From positions 1,760,001 through 1,824,000 of the forward strand of contig CAWJSJ010000002.1 in NCBI GenBank assembly GCA_963845565.1: a stretch of 64,000 nucleotides of DNA. The letters run 5' to 3'. This stretch comes from an uncultured Methylomirabilota bacterium (lineage in GTDB: Bacteria; Methylomirabilota; Methylomirabilia; Methylomirabilales; 2-02-FULL-66-22). This document shows positions 51,378-62,357 of this stretch, piece after piece. Every line of letters starts with the position of its first letter. Position 1 is the stretch's first letter. Both the position numbers and the translations under genes were made by a program. Below the pieces are notes generated by a model that saw nothing but the letters and a program-made list of their open reading frames with translations, was not told the DNA's origin and searched no databases.

Positions 51378-51890
51378 CTACTTGACGCGTACCCACTTCT
51401 GATACGAGGTGCCGCCAGACGACGCCGTGGGGTTCACGGCGGTCATCTCGTCGCCCACGATTTTGTAGGTGCGCTTCTCCGTGGTGCCGGCGCGATTGGG
51501 GAAGCTGCTGGCTTCCCACGCGATGGAGACCGTCTCGCCGTCGACCGTGTACCTCCCAAACCCCGCAATGATGCCCTGCACGACGGCGCGGTATTCGGCA
51601 TCCGTCCCTTTCAGGCGGTTGTTCACCGCGAACTCGGGCAAGTCCGCTTTCGAGAGGAACGAGATGATGTAGCCCGAGCGGTCGAACACCACCAGGCCCA
51701 CGATTCTCTCGCCGTAGGGTTGTGTCTTGACGCCGCCCTCCTCGGTGTAGATCGAGGTCTGCCGCCACGCCCCGACAATCTGTTCCTGGAGCGATTGGCC
51801 CCGCGCGGTGCCGGGGGCCGACACCAGCGCGACGAGGGCCACCCCCACGGCCAGGCGACCCCATCCGGTTCCGAACCCGAGTCTTCTCAT
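51378..51890 (-). CDS. Exported lipocalin-like domain protein
   Basis: Signal peptide; IVGAWRQ, FGRYTV and FPNRAGT. Confidence 0.8.
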   Translation of the reverse strand: MRRLGFGTGWGRLAVGVALVALVSAPGTARGQSLQEQIVGAWRQTSIYTEEGGVKTQPYGERIVGLVVFDRSGYIISFLSKADLPEFAVNNRLKGTDAEYRAVVQGIIAGFGRYTVDGETVSIAWEASSFPNRAGTTEKRTYKIVGDEMTAVNPTASSGGTSYQKWVRVK

Positions 51891-52012
51891 GACCCTCCCC
51901 TCCTGTGCGTGCGCCACCTCAGACCAACGGGACGGGCACCCGCCGGTGCGGCGCGCGCGGGTGCCCTGCGGCCATCCGACGTTGGCAGGTGATCTGCCAC
52001 TCAACTTAGTAT

Positions 52013-52333
52013 TTACTTTCCTGGCGCGCTATACGTCGGCGTCAGCTTCCCTGCGGCGTCGATGTCCTCCGGCGTCAGCAGCACGGTCGTCTTGGTGGCG
52101 ATTGTTCCGGTCGCGGTGACTGTCAGCGCGCAGGCCGTCGCCGCGGCATGGGTGGGGAACTCCCCAATGATGTACAGGTCGGTGTCGCCGAAGGCATAGT
52201 AGTAGGCCTCGATGCTGCCCCCCAGCGACTTGAAGAGCTTTTCCGTGACGGCGCGGCGCTTGGAGCCCCCGTCTTTGAGTAACCCCTTGACGCCCTCCCC
52301 GACATAGTTGACTTGGATGAGATACTTCGGCAT
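52013..52333 (-). CDS. GYD-domain protein
   Basis: MPKYL..GVKGLLKDGGSKR..YYAFGDTD..TTVLLTPED. Confidence 0.85.
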   Translation of the reverse strand: MPKYLIQVNYVGEGVKGLLKDGGSKRRAVTEKLFKSLGGSIEAYYYAFGDTDLYIIGEFPTHAAATACALTVTATGTIATKTTVLLTPEDIDAAGKLTPTYSAPGK

Positions 52334-52735
52334 CGCGCATCCTCCTCTTTTTCCCACGCCGGGCGCCCCCCTCGGGTGGTGAAGACCGTGGTGCTCCACA
52401 CCGCCGCAGCCGCTCCCGGGCGGAGAGGGCCAAGGCGAGACCCCTGGCGGTCCGGTCCCTGTTCTCAAGTGGTTAGACGTTTCTGGAGTCTGACTCGGGT
52501 CGGCTGCCTCCCGTGGGCTTACGCCCTGGGGAGGCGACGGTGCGGAACCTTGAGGTGGACCCACAACATCGGGAACCTCAAACGCCCCCAGGAAATCGGT
52601 GCGGGGATGGGTGGAGGCTGAATACAATCTCTGACCCGGATTCGGTGCCGTCAATAGCGCGGGTAGCTGTTTTCCACGCCGGAAGTCCCCCTGCCAGACG
52701 CCGGGTCCGGCTCTCGGGACGGAAACCGCCGCGGG

Positions 52736-53257
52736 CTATTGCTTCGGGTTCTGGTCGCGGTAGATGGCGATGAACTCATCCACCATGTGGGCCAGCATGC
52801 GCCGGAGGTGTTCCGCGACCCGCGCGGGAGTGGCGACCCCAAGGCCCGCGTGCTCCCACGTCACCCCGAACGTCATGATGCGCGGGTCGCGCACGAGGAG
52901 AACCACTTGCTGGAGCGCGACCGTCATGCTGACTCCACAGAGGAGGTCTTTGACCGGTTCGAACGCGGTCACGGCGATGATCAAATGCGTGGCCGTGCCG
53001 AGACCGACCTGGATGCCCGCGTCGTCCAGGCGCGCCTCCACCTCGGCTTGAAGTTCCTCCGGTGAGACGCGCCGACAGCCCGCGTCCATGTTGAGGGGCG
53101 GCACAATGACTTCGAGGGCCTCCAACCCTTTGAGGGAGACCCGTTTGATGGCTTCGTACTCCGCGACGGGGTCTTCGGCCCACGCGGGAGCTAGGACGAG
53201 CAGGGCCAGGACTCCGAGGGAAAAGCAGCGAACCGCGAGGCCAGTACGGTAGCGCAT
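52736..53257 (-). CDS. Secreted hypothetical protein
   Basis: GGAGG RBS; signal ending AWA; SLKGL..VDEFI..QNPK. Confidence 0.7.
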   Translation of the reverse strand: MRYRTGLAVRCFSLGVLALLVLAPAWAEDPVAEYEAIKRVSLKGLEALEVIVPPLNMDAGCRRVSPEELQAEVEARLDDAGIQVGLGTATHLIIAVTAFEPVKDLLCGVSMTVALQQVVLLVRDPRIMTFGVTWEHAGLGVATPARVAEHLRRMLAHMVDEFIAIYRDQNPKQ

Positions 53258-53376
53258 CGCACCCTCCTGTGCGCGGGGCCAGGCTTCCGGCGATCCCGGA
53301 GGAACCCAGCCCCTCGTGCGTCGGCAGGGTTTCAGGCAGCGCCCAACGGGGCGATCGAGCAGTGACCGCATGCGGC

Positions 53377-55012
53377 CTACTTCAGCCCGCCTCCCGCCCA
53401 ATCATGGGGCTCCATCGTTTTGATTTGGTAGCCGCCGCTCACACTGGCATAGGAGCCGTTGGCCTTGTTCTCCCGCCCTCCGCTGACGCTGGCGGCCGAC
53501 CCGTGCGCGGTGTTGTACGCGCCCCCGCTCACGGTGGCGTGGTCATTGCCTGCAATGTTCGCCTGGCCCCCGCTGACGCTCGCGTAGGCCCCCCTCGCGG
53601 TGTTCCAGCCGCCTCCGCTCACGCTGGCGTCTGGACCGGTTGCCGTGTTTCCATTCCCCCCGCTCACGCTGGCGGCGGTCCCGCTCGCGGTGTTGTAGGA
53701 GCCCCCACTCACCGTGGCGGCCGGGGCGCTCGCAATGTTGGTACTCCCTCCGCACACCGTGGCGGCACCTCCGGCCGCCGTGTTGCTGCTCCCCCCACTC
53801 ACGGTCGCGGCCTTGCCGTTCGCCGTGTTGCTATTCCCCCCACTCACGGTGGCCGCCTCGCCCTCTGCCGTGTTGAGGTAACCCCCGCTCACGCTGACGG
53901 AGACGCCGCTCGCGGTGTTCGCCTGCCCTCCGCTCACACTGGCGGCCACCCCGCTCGCCGTGTTCTTGCTCCCGCCACTCGCGCTGGCGGCACCTCCGCT
54001 CGCCGTGTTGCTGCTCCCCCCACTCACCGTGGCCGCGTCGCCGTTCGCCGTGTTGCGAAATCCGCCGCTCACGCTGGCGTACAGGCCACTCGCGGTGTTC
54101 TCAACACCACCGCTCACGTTGCCGTAGTATCCGCTGGTCGTATTCTCCCGCCCCGCGCTCACGCTGGCGAAGGACCCGCTCGCGGTGTTCCGATTGCCTC
54201 CGGTCACGCTCGTGAAGAACCCGCTCGCGGTGTTAAGCACACCCCCGCTCACGCTGGCGCCGGTCCCGCTGGCGACGTTGCCCTGGCCCCCGCTCACGCT
54301 GCTGTGGGAGTCGCTCGCGGCGTTCCAGCCGCCCCCGCTCACGCTGGCATAGGCGCCGCTCGCGCTGTTCCCGTTGCCGCCGCTCACGCTGGTGTAATGG
54401 CCGGTAGCCTTGTTCTCCCGCCCCCCGCTCACGCTGGCGGCGGGGCCGTACGCGGTATTGGACATTCCCCCGCTGACACTGGCGGACGGCCCGGTGCTGG
54501 TGTTGTACGGACCCCACCACCAGTCCCCCGTACTGGGCGTAATTGTTCATGTCCCCGATCACGAGGTAGTGCGAGCCCGTCTTGTGGGAGACAGCCCACG
54601 TCTGGCCGAACCGTTCACAGGACTCCTTCGCGGTGAATTGGCCGTCCGCGCAGAAGTACGTTCCATCGTCCCGCGCGAGGTCGTAGCCGAGGATCAGATT
54701 CCCCCGGCCATTCACCGTGTCGGTCCGGCCCGTCCCGTTCACAAGCTGAAGGTTCACTCCCGTGAAGCGCACCCGGTGCTGGGCGGGGTCCACGGTAAGG
54801 TAGGGGTTCAAGGCCATGACGGGACTGTTCGCCTGGGCGAGGAGTTGCTGCTCCAGCGCCCGGACCTGGGCTTCGAGCGCCGCCACCTTCGCGTCGAGGG
54901 CGGCAAATCGGTCTAGAAGGTTGAGTTCGGGCGGTGCGGCGGCCATCGCCACCCCCGTCAGGAGCACGACGGCGGTCACGAGAACAGGACCGATGAATCG
55001 GCGGGGTTTCAT
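53377..55012 (-). CDS. Exported coiled-coil protein with ~24 15-aa NxAxGxxASVSGG repeats; frameshift ~54510
   Basis: Signal peptide; LDAKVAALEAQV; GRGNLILGYD; 45-bp periodic repeats. Confidence 0.8.
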
Positions 55013-55878
55013 GACGCTTCCCTCCCGCTGCGCCCGCTCCCGCACAGGTGCAGACGCCGCGATACGACACCAGGCCACGGACACCGGACAACGGAGGGTC
55101 CCTTGGGCCATCGCTGGCCTCGGCCCTCACCACGTACAAATGCCCATCCGTGGTGGGCCACGCATGGGCATCCAAGAGGGGGCCGGTCCCGAATGAGGGC
55201 ATCCAGGCGGCCCGCTGTGCTGCATTTTCCTGCTTCCACCCTTCCCTCGGCAGGGGGAAGGGGACCGAGCGGCAGGGAGAGCCCGCTTAATAACTAATAT
55301 ATGCCGTGCCTGCGCTTTTGCAATGGCTTTCCCTGGCGGGCGGCTCACTGAGGCAGATTACGCGACCAGGATGAACATAGGAACTCCATGATTCAATGAG
55401 TTGCCACGGTGGTCTTGCCTCTCACGTCGGTTCGTGTAGGCGGGTTGGTCGTGGGATTTGGATGTTCGCAGACATACGCGCAGGCGTGACGCGTCGCTCT
55501 CTCACGTCGCGAGAGATGTGAGGCGATCGGCTGGGATTAATAAAGAGACCCCGCAAGCGACGCGTGTTTGCTCTTGACGAACCTTCACGTCGGCATAGAT
55601 TACTCAGTAGCGTCCCGCGAAGCAAAAGGCGTGTCCCCCGCCTTGAGCATACCTTCCTAGCGGTTGTGCCCTCGTGGTTCTCCACCCCCTGCTCCTGTAC
55701 CTGACGGGCTGCCGTGCCGCAGGGATGTTCCAGATAGGTAAATCTAAACGGGCGAGCGACGGCAAGTCCGAGGAGCACCCGCGCTCCCGTACCCCGCGTG
55801 CTCTCGGCGTCGCAGGAAAGGGACCGGCGGCATAGAGAACGGGAAAGGTCCGTGCCTCGTCACGGAAAGGAGGAGCCC

Positions 55879-56271
55879 ATGGTACCCACGGATCTCCGGG
55901 CCGACATCATCGCGGCCAACCAGCAGTTCATGGCGGCTTTTGGACGACGCGATGCCGCGGGGCTGGCGACCCTGTACACGACGACAGGCCAACTCCTGCC
56001 ACCCAACAGCGAGGTCGTCGCGGGCCGGGAGGCCATCCGCACCTTCTGGCAGGGTGCGATGGATTTGGGCCTCACGCAGGCACAGCTCGACACGATCGAA
56101 GTCGACGGGCACGGGGAGACGGCGGTCGAGGTGGGGAAGTACACCCTGCGGGCGGGGGGCGGGCAGGTCGCGGATACCGGCAAATACGTGGTGATCTGGA
56201 AAACAGAGGGCGGGACCTGGAAACTGCACCGGGACATCTGGAATACGAGCCAAGCCGCGGCCGCCAAGTGA
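55879..56271 (+). CDS. YybH/DUF4440 (NTF2/SnoaL-like) protein
   Basis: IIAANQQFMAAF..GREAI..AVEVGKY..GKYVVIWK..WKLHRDIWN. Confidence 0.88.
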   Translation: MVPTDLRADIIAANQQFMAAFGRRDAAGLATLYTTTGQLLPPNSEVVAGREAIRTFWQGAMDLGLTQAQLDTIEVDGHGETAVEVGKYTLRAGGGQVADTGKYVVIWKTEGGTWKLHRDIWNTSQAAAAK

Positions 56272-56376
56272 GACTCAGGGCAGCCTGGGTGTGCGAGGGC
56301 GGCACGGAGGCTTGGGCGGTCGCGAGAGCCCGCGCCCTGCTGGAGGGGTGGTTGCGTTCCGTCGGCGAAGGAGGGG

Positions 56377-56706
56377 ATGAACCTGGCGAATGACCGAGAC
56401 CCACGGCGAGTCATGGTCACACGGACACAGAGGCTGTGGCAATCGTACGCCGCGGTGAACGTGAGCCTGGCCGACGTCGTGGTCGCGCAGTTGCGCAAGG
56501 GCGAGTACTTCCGGACCACGCTGCCACCGGGGGAGTACCGCGTGCGCATCGCGGAGTTCGGGATGCCGGTGGCGTTGGAAGCGGGGCAGCGTCGCTTCCT
56601 GCGCGCGTCGCCGCCCAACGCGGACGACGTCCCGGCCTTCACGGACGAGGTCGAGGCGATCGAGGAGCTCACGTCCATCATGTTCCCGATCGTTCCGGCG
56701 CTGTAG
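56377..56706 (+). CDS. Hypothetical protein
   Basis: GGAGG RBS; GC-ending codons; LPPGEY. Confidence 0.55.
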   Translation: MNLANDRDPRRVMVTRTQRLWQSYAAVNVSLADVVVAQLRKGEYFRTTLPPGEYRVRIAEFGMPVALEAGQRRFLRASPPNADDVPAFTDEVEAIEELTSIMFPIVPAL

Positions 56707-56819
56707 GCACCAGCGTGGGCGAGGATCGGCGCACGACCACCGTCCCGCTCGTTGTGCGCCGACGGTCATCCGCGTCGGGCACCCATAGTCGTCCCACCTC
56801 GGCGCACCCCACCATGGTC

Positions 56820-57204
56820 TGTGCCCTTGGCCGACGGGTTCTATGAGTGGAAACGGGAAGGGTCGCGCAAGCAGCCCTACCACCTCAAGCTCCGGGACGG
56901 TGAGCCGTTCGCCTTCGCGGGGCTGTGGGATCGATGGCACCCGAAGGACGGCCAACCCCTGGAGACCTGCACCATCCTGACGACCACGCCCAACGAAGTG
57001 CTCCGGCCCCTGCACGACCGGATGCCGGTGATTCTGCCGCCCGATGCCTATAGTCTGTGGCTCGATCCGACGATCGGCGAGGTGGAACACCTCCAGACTC
57101 TCCTAACGCCATACTCGGCCGACGCGATGACCGCCTATCCGGTGAGCACGCGGGTGAACAGTCCGGCGTATGATTCGCCGGAATGCATCGCGCCGCTGGC
57201 GTAA
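56820..57204 (+). pseudogene. SRAP/YedK (SOS response-associated peptidase), N-terminally truncated
   Basis: ADGFYEW, FAFAGLW, LHDRMPVIL and PVSTRVN; the MCGR N-terminus and WGL segment are missing. Confidence 0.82.
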
Positions 57205-57309
57205 CGCGGATTCCGTACCCGCCCCTCATGGGTTACACTACCGACTACAGGGCAGGCGTGCTGCCGCTGACACTGCGTAGGGTGTATGTCACAAGGAGTG
57301 GAGGGAGCC

Positions 57310-57597
57310 ATGGCTGCCTACTTCATCGTCGACGTGGATGTGAAGAATGCGAAAGCGTATGAGTCGTACAAACACTCCGCCGCCGCCTCCATTGCCCAGT
57401 ACGGCGGCCGGTATCTCGTCCGGGGTGGGACGCACGAGGTACTGGAGGGGGAGTGGCACCCGACGCGCCTCGTGGTGCTGGAGTTCCCTAGTGTGGACGC
57501 GGCGAAGCGCTGGTATACGTCCCCAGAATACGCCGACGTCAAGCCCATCCGCCTGGAACACGCCGTGAGCGATATGGTCCTCGTGGACGGCGTCTAG
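57310..57597 (+). CDS. DUF1330 protein
   Basis: YGGRYLVRGG..LEGEW..LEFPS..WYTSPEY. Confidence 0.92.
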   Translation: MAAYFIVDVDVKNAKAYESYKHSAAASIAQYGGRYLVRGGTHEVLEGEWHPTRLVVLEFPSVDAAKRWYTSPEYADVKPIRLEHAVSDMVLVDGV

Positions 57598-57995
57598 CCG
57601 ATCCTCACGCGGCGAGTCGGGTGCCGGTCCCCAGCCCATCCACGAATGAGCAACCCCACGCATGACTCACCCGAATGGATCGCAGCTCTGGCTTGACTCC
57701 CCTCTCCTCTGGAAGCCCTGCTGAGCCGTCCTGGAGCGGAAGGGCGCTGACCAGGGAGGCGCGGGTGCTGGGCGGCGATCACGTGGCTGAAGGCCAAAAT
57801 GCCGAAGGTGAGGTAGCGGATCCCCAGTTTGGTCGGTTCAGTCTCGGCGCAACGACCCGCGTCGGCCAGCTCTTCGACGTCCCCAATTGGCCGGAGACCC
57901 CACCCCACTAACCATCGCCCCGAGCTAGGACATCCCCGCGGTGATCCAGAACCGGGAAACCGCAGGCCGCGAGGCCCGCGTGCCGCCGGAACGGT

Positions 57996-58352
57996 TCATC
58001 GATCCCAGGGCGCTGCCGGAGGCCATGCCCCGCCCCACGGCGCCGGGGGCGGCCACTGGTCTCGCTCTCGTGTGGGCAGAGGCGGCGGCGCGTCCTCGGG
58101 GGACCGTGGTGGGGGGGCAGGCCCCGTGCCGCCCGCGCGGTCCTGTATCTCGGCACTGACGCACGTCATCAACCCCGCCAGCGACGGCAGATCGAGAGCT
58201 GCGGCAGCAGTTGCGAAACGGGCGGCGAGGTCCCGGCACTCGGCCGAGGGCTCGGCGTGGGCCGGACCGAGAGCCGACACCCACAGACCGAGCGCGGGGA
58301 TGATGACGCAGATGCTGACACGAGTCCTCCTACCCATGCGCAGGTTCCTCAT
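57996..58352 (-). CDS. Small secreted hypothetical protein with Pro-rich tail
   Basis: Signal ending AHA; two Cys in the mature region. Confidence 0.55.
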   Translation of the reverse strand: MRNLRMGRRTRVSICVIIPALGLWVSALGPAHAEPSAECRDLAARFATAAAALDLPSLAGLMTCVSAEIQDRAGGTGPAPPPRSPEDAPPPLPTRERDQWPPPAPWGGAWPPAAPWDR

Positions 58353-58715
58353 GGCGCGCCCCCTGGCGTTCTAGGTGTGGGACACCAGGATACCATGCGA
58401 GCCCTCGTGTTCTCCACCCCTAGGTTGCGGGGACCACGGCACCGGACCAGAAGGCCCGCGCCGGGGCAGCGGGGTCGTGAACACCCCGGCGTATGCCGCG
58501 CCCGAGGGCATGGTGCCCCTGGCTTGACTCCCGCCCTTGACGCCCCGCTGAACGTCTCGGCGGAACACGGGGTGATCACGCAGGCCATGGCGCTGGCGGG
58601 AGATCCGGCGACTCCGCGAGAAGGCGGTGACAGCCCGCCAGATACACCAGAAGCGCCGAGGTGGCCCCGACGCTCGTCGGGGTCTCGCACGTGGCGAAAG
58701 CCCCCCGCAACGAGC

Positions 58716-59549
58716 TTAGAAGTGGAACGCGAGGCCGCCGACGACGTGGTTCACGTTCAAATCAGCCTCGATCTTCGTGCTCTGGACGTTCCAAGAATGG
58801 CTGGAGTGTGTGAACTTGTATTCCGCAAACAACGCTACATGCCGGGTCAAGAATACTTTGCCGCCAGCCAGTGCCTGAAAGGCAAATCCGGTGTCCTGTG
58901 CCGATCCCACGCCGCTAATCTCCAGGGCGGCAGTTTCCACTCCGGCCCCGACCCCTACGTACCCTTGCAGGCGGCCGTTGGGGAACGACGGGCTCTGATA
59001 GAGGGGCACGCGCGTGAGCACGTTGACAGCGACGATGGTGGCGTCAATGTCGAAGCTCGGAAGAACGAGGGGGATCGAACCGGACAGAGTCAATCTTTGG
59101 CCCGGGCGTGGGACCAGCGAACCAGCAGGCCCTCCTTGTGGTCGATCAGATATCCACTGGCCTTTCATGGTGACCAGCTGCGCGTCCCAATCAGGAGTGA
59201 AATGCGTGACGTCGATCTCCGCTCCAAAGTCGAGTCCGGTCGCTGCCCGAAACGCCAATGTCCAGGCACCTACCTTGCCGCCGAAGGCAAACGATGAGTT
59301 CAACTGCATATCGGGAAAGGTGCCGGTCGCTGTCCCGGGATCAACATTTATACCCCCCCGTATGAGAACCGTCGGGACGTTCGTGCCGCCAACATCGGTG
59401 TCGAAAGGAAACGCGCCACCCCCGAAAACGGACACTGAGAAGTCCCAGTCGGGAACAATCTGCGCGTGAATGGGAGTTGGATGAAAGGACAGCAGGATAA
59501 CGAGAGCGGGGCCAATCACAGGCAGCGCCCAACGAGCTTTGCTCCTCAT
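58716..59549 (-). CDS. Outer-membrane beta-barrel protein
   Basis: Signal peptide; YVGVGAG, FQALAG and LFAEYKF; C-terminal GLAFHF. Confidence 0.82.
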   Translation of the reverse strand: MRSKARWALPVIGPALVILLSFHPTPIHAQIVPDWDFSVSVFGGGAFPFDTDVGGTNVPTVLIRGGINVDPGTATGTFPDMQLNSSFAFGGKVGAWTLAFRAATGLDFGAEIDVTHFTPDWDAQLVTMKGQWISDRPQGGPAGSLVPRPGQRLTLSGSIPLVLPSFDIDATIVAVNVLTRVPLYQSPSFPNGRLQGYVGVGAGVETAALEISGVGSAQDTGFAFQALAGGKVFLTRHVALFAEYKFTHSSHSWNVQSTKIEADLNVNHVVGGLAFHF

Positions 59550-60136
59550 GACCCACCTCCTGATAAATGCTTTACGACAGGTCAAACGAAGCCCGGAGTC
59601 CTCAACACGAGGAAGCGGCCTTGGCGTTCGGGGCGGGACGGCGTCATGCGCACTCCCATGCGTATGAGGTGGTTCAATTCCAGAGATCGGATTGCCTCGC
59701 GGGGTGTGCATCGGACGCCTCCCCCGGCCAGCCGGCAGGCCGCCGGGCACGAGGCCGAGCGTGCTCCAGCGTCGAACGAGAACGGGGACCGGGTGACGGA
59801 AGAGCGTACAACGACCCGCCAGGGGTCGGTGATCGCGAACGGAAGGCGTATAGGAACGAGGACGACGCTACTCCCTGGCTCCGCCGGTTGTCAACGACAT
59901 TGGGAGCGCGCGTGGACGTTACGACCGATCCGCCGCCGGGCCTGATCCCGGTTCCGCTGAAGGGCGCGGTGCTACTCCTGACGGCCGCCGAGTTTACCGC
60001 GGGGGTGCGCCGCGGAAAGTAATCGCGGAGGCGGCTAGCGATGCTACGGCGCGGCGGTCAGAAACACCACGAGCACCGAGGTGGCCTCGACGCTCGGGTC
60101 AGAAGATCCGGTCGTGAGAACGACCACCGGGCGGGG

Positions 60137-60240
60137 TTAGGAGCCGTTACGAAATAACCTATACATCTTTTCTATTTCGTTACGGCTCCTTATGCCGTTT
60201 CGGAATGTCTCCGCTCAACTAATTCTTTGACAACGGCTTA
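60137..60240. repeat. Dispersed ~105-bp repeat, copy 3
   Basis: Collinear with 33978-34083; its terminal TTA is the stop codon of the adjacent minus-strand gene. Confidence 0.8.
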
Positions 60241-60865
60241 CCGCCCATCCGCGGGCGTCAGGTAGGTCATGTACTTCTCCCGTTCCGGGTCCTTCTCGAA
60301 GAAGTCCACCAGGCCGGCCACCTCTGCCTTTTTCGCTGCCTCCCAGGTCTGGATTCGCTCCGCCACCGGCACGATAAACTCAAGCTCCTGCTTCAGCGCG
60401 TCGACCTTGTCCCAGTACTCGGATCCCTGGGTCACCGGGATCATGGCCAGGCGCGCTTTCATCCCCCCATATCGCGGGACAGTGAGGATGTAGTAGCTCC
60501 GCCCGGGAGCGAGGTCCGCCTCCACCGCCACCTTGTTCTCGGCGATGCCGATGAATAGGTGCCTCCCAGGAGCGCAGAGGTACGCGAAGTACGATTTCGC
60601 CCCACTCATGCCGATGAATTGGTCCCGGTCCCAGACCTGGAAGCTGGCGTACGGCCAATTGAGCTGGAACGTATTCCCGGATGGCCGCATGACGTACACG
60701 AGGGCCTTATCCGGCGGCGGCCCAGCGGTCGGCGCGTCCGCCTTGACCATGTACTGGACCACCGACGATCCCGGTCACCCAATTGCGTACCGTGTTGCGT
60801 GCCATGCATCCCGCCAACCCCAGGGCGCATACGATGACGATCCCGGTCACCCATTTGCGCGCCAT
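60238..60865 (-). CDS. Putative lipoprotein (DUF2846-like); frame broken just after the lipobox
   Basis: MARKWVTGIVIVCALGLAGC lipobox; PPPDKALVYVMRPS, PGRHLF and PGRSYY. Confidence 0.65.
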
Positions 60866-61148
60866 AATGCCTCCGTTTCCGGTTCTCGGCTCCTTCGCCG
60901 TGGCGTCTCACGCTCACGCGGTCCGCGTTCGGTATCGACGGTCAGCCCCTCTTACGTTTACGGCAAGGAAACGCCGGCGCATGCCGAAGCGCCCCCGCCG
61001 ACCACCGACATGGTCACCGAGGGCGTGGAATGATTGCGGGGAGGAAGCTGCTCATGTCCCTATGACCTGTCACCGTGGAGAGAACCCAGGACCCCACGAG
61101 CGCCGAGGGGACCCCCGACGCTCGCAGGATATACCTGGTGAACGCCTG

Positions 61149-61882
61149 CTAGTGCGCTTTGATGGCGTCGGCAAACGTCTTTGCCATGACCCCGTATCCG
61201 GCATTCGTGGGATGGACCTGCCCGGACTCGGCACCGCGCCTCTCCGCCAGCAAGAGGCCGTGCCGCCCGTCGAACGCGCTGAAGATGTCGACGAGCGTCG
61301 CATTCGGGAACGCAGACACGACCTGGGCAATCACCTGGTTGGCCGCCGCGATCAGTTCTGCCTCGCCCGGCACACCCAGCCTCGGATCGTACTGGTTGGC
61401 TACGTAGATGTGGGCATCGGGGACTGTCGTGGCGAGGCTCGCCAGAATGGCGGCGAGATTGTCGACGAGCATCAGCGAATCACTGTGTCTGCGTCGGCAC
61501 CGAAGAAGATCTGGAACAAGTCGTTGCCGCCGACCGTGAGGGTGATGACCTTCCGATAGGTTGCCCCTGTTTCGGCGAAGAAGAGCGGCACCATCGGGAC
61601 TTGGTAGGCGAGCACGTCTGCACTCATGGCGTTCGGCACCCCGACATTGCAGAGGAGCAGATTATTCACCTTGTCAATGGCCCTGCTCTGATAGAGCTGG
61701 TACACGAAGCCCTGGGTGGCCGGATGCGCCCCGTACCCAGCCGAGAGGCTGTCGCCCAATGCCATGTAGCGGGTATTGTCCGCAAACGACGTCCAGTACT
61801 GCGCCGATGCGGGTGCGGTAACCAGCAATCCGACGAGAAGCACCATGCCCATCAGTGTCCGAGTTGTCCGGGCTCTTTTCAT
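61149..61882 (-). CDS. SGNH/GDSL hydrolase; frameshift ~61475
   Basis: ALGDSLSAG, TVGGND and VHPTNAGY. Confidence 0.85.
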
Positions 61883-62357
61883 CAGACTCCCTCCTGTCGA
61901 TGTGCGGGAATGCGGGGGGGCCATGCCGGGACGCCATACCAAGGAAGCCAGTCCGACCGCCCGTGGGCGCCGAGCAACCCCCACCTCCCGCACGTTGCGC
62001 GGCGCGTTCGGCCCATGATCCCTCCTTTCCGGGTTGCGTTGAATACTCGCCGATGGCTCGCGGTCACCGAGGCGCAGAGAACACAAACGCCCTCACCGAC
62101 CATCGGCATGGTCAACGAGGGCGCAAACAAAACCCGACCCAGGCACACGTTTCGGCTCCCCGAGGCCCGGAGGGTTAAATTATGACAGATGAAAGTCAAG
62201 CTACACCGATCCCATGCGGCGGTCAATCACAATCCGAACGTGCGGCGCTACCAGGACACACGCGAAACGACCAGCCCAGCGCGACGGCCCACCCTCCCGT
62301 TTGCCTGTGTGTGACGCTGCCATCCTTGCCCTCGCCCCCGTGAGGGGATGCGGTGTC

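Noticed and set aside
53400..54500. CRISPR-like periodic repeats
   Set aside because: The 45-bp period is an in-frame protein repeat with no unique spacers and no cas genes
56752..56820. MCADGH as the native SRAP N-terminus
   Set aside because: GTG-Cys looks coincidental; the long conserved N-terminal region before ADGFYEW is missing
59900..60060. Possible small-gene remnant (LIPVPLKGAVLLLTAAEF..RRGK)
   Set aside because: No clear start and an internal stop; too weak to call
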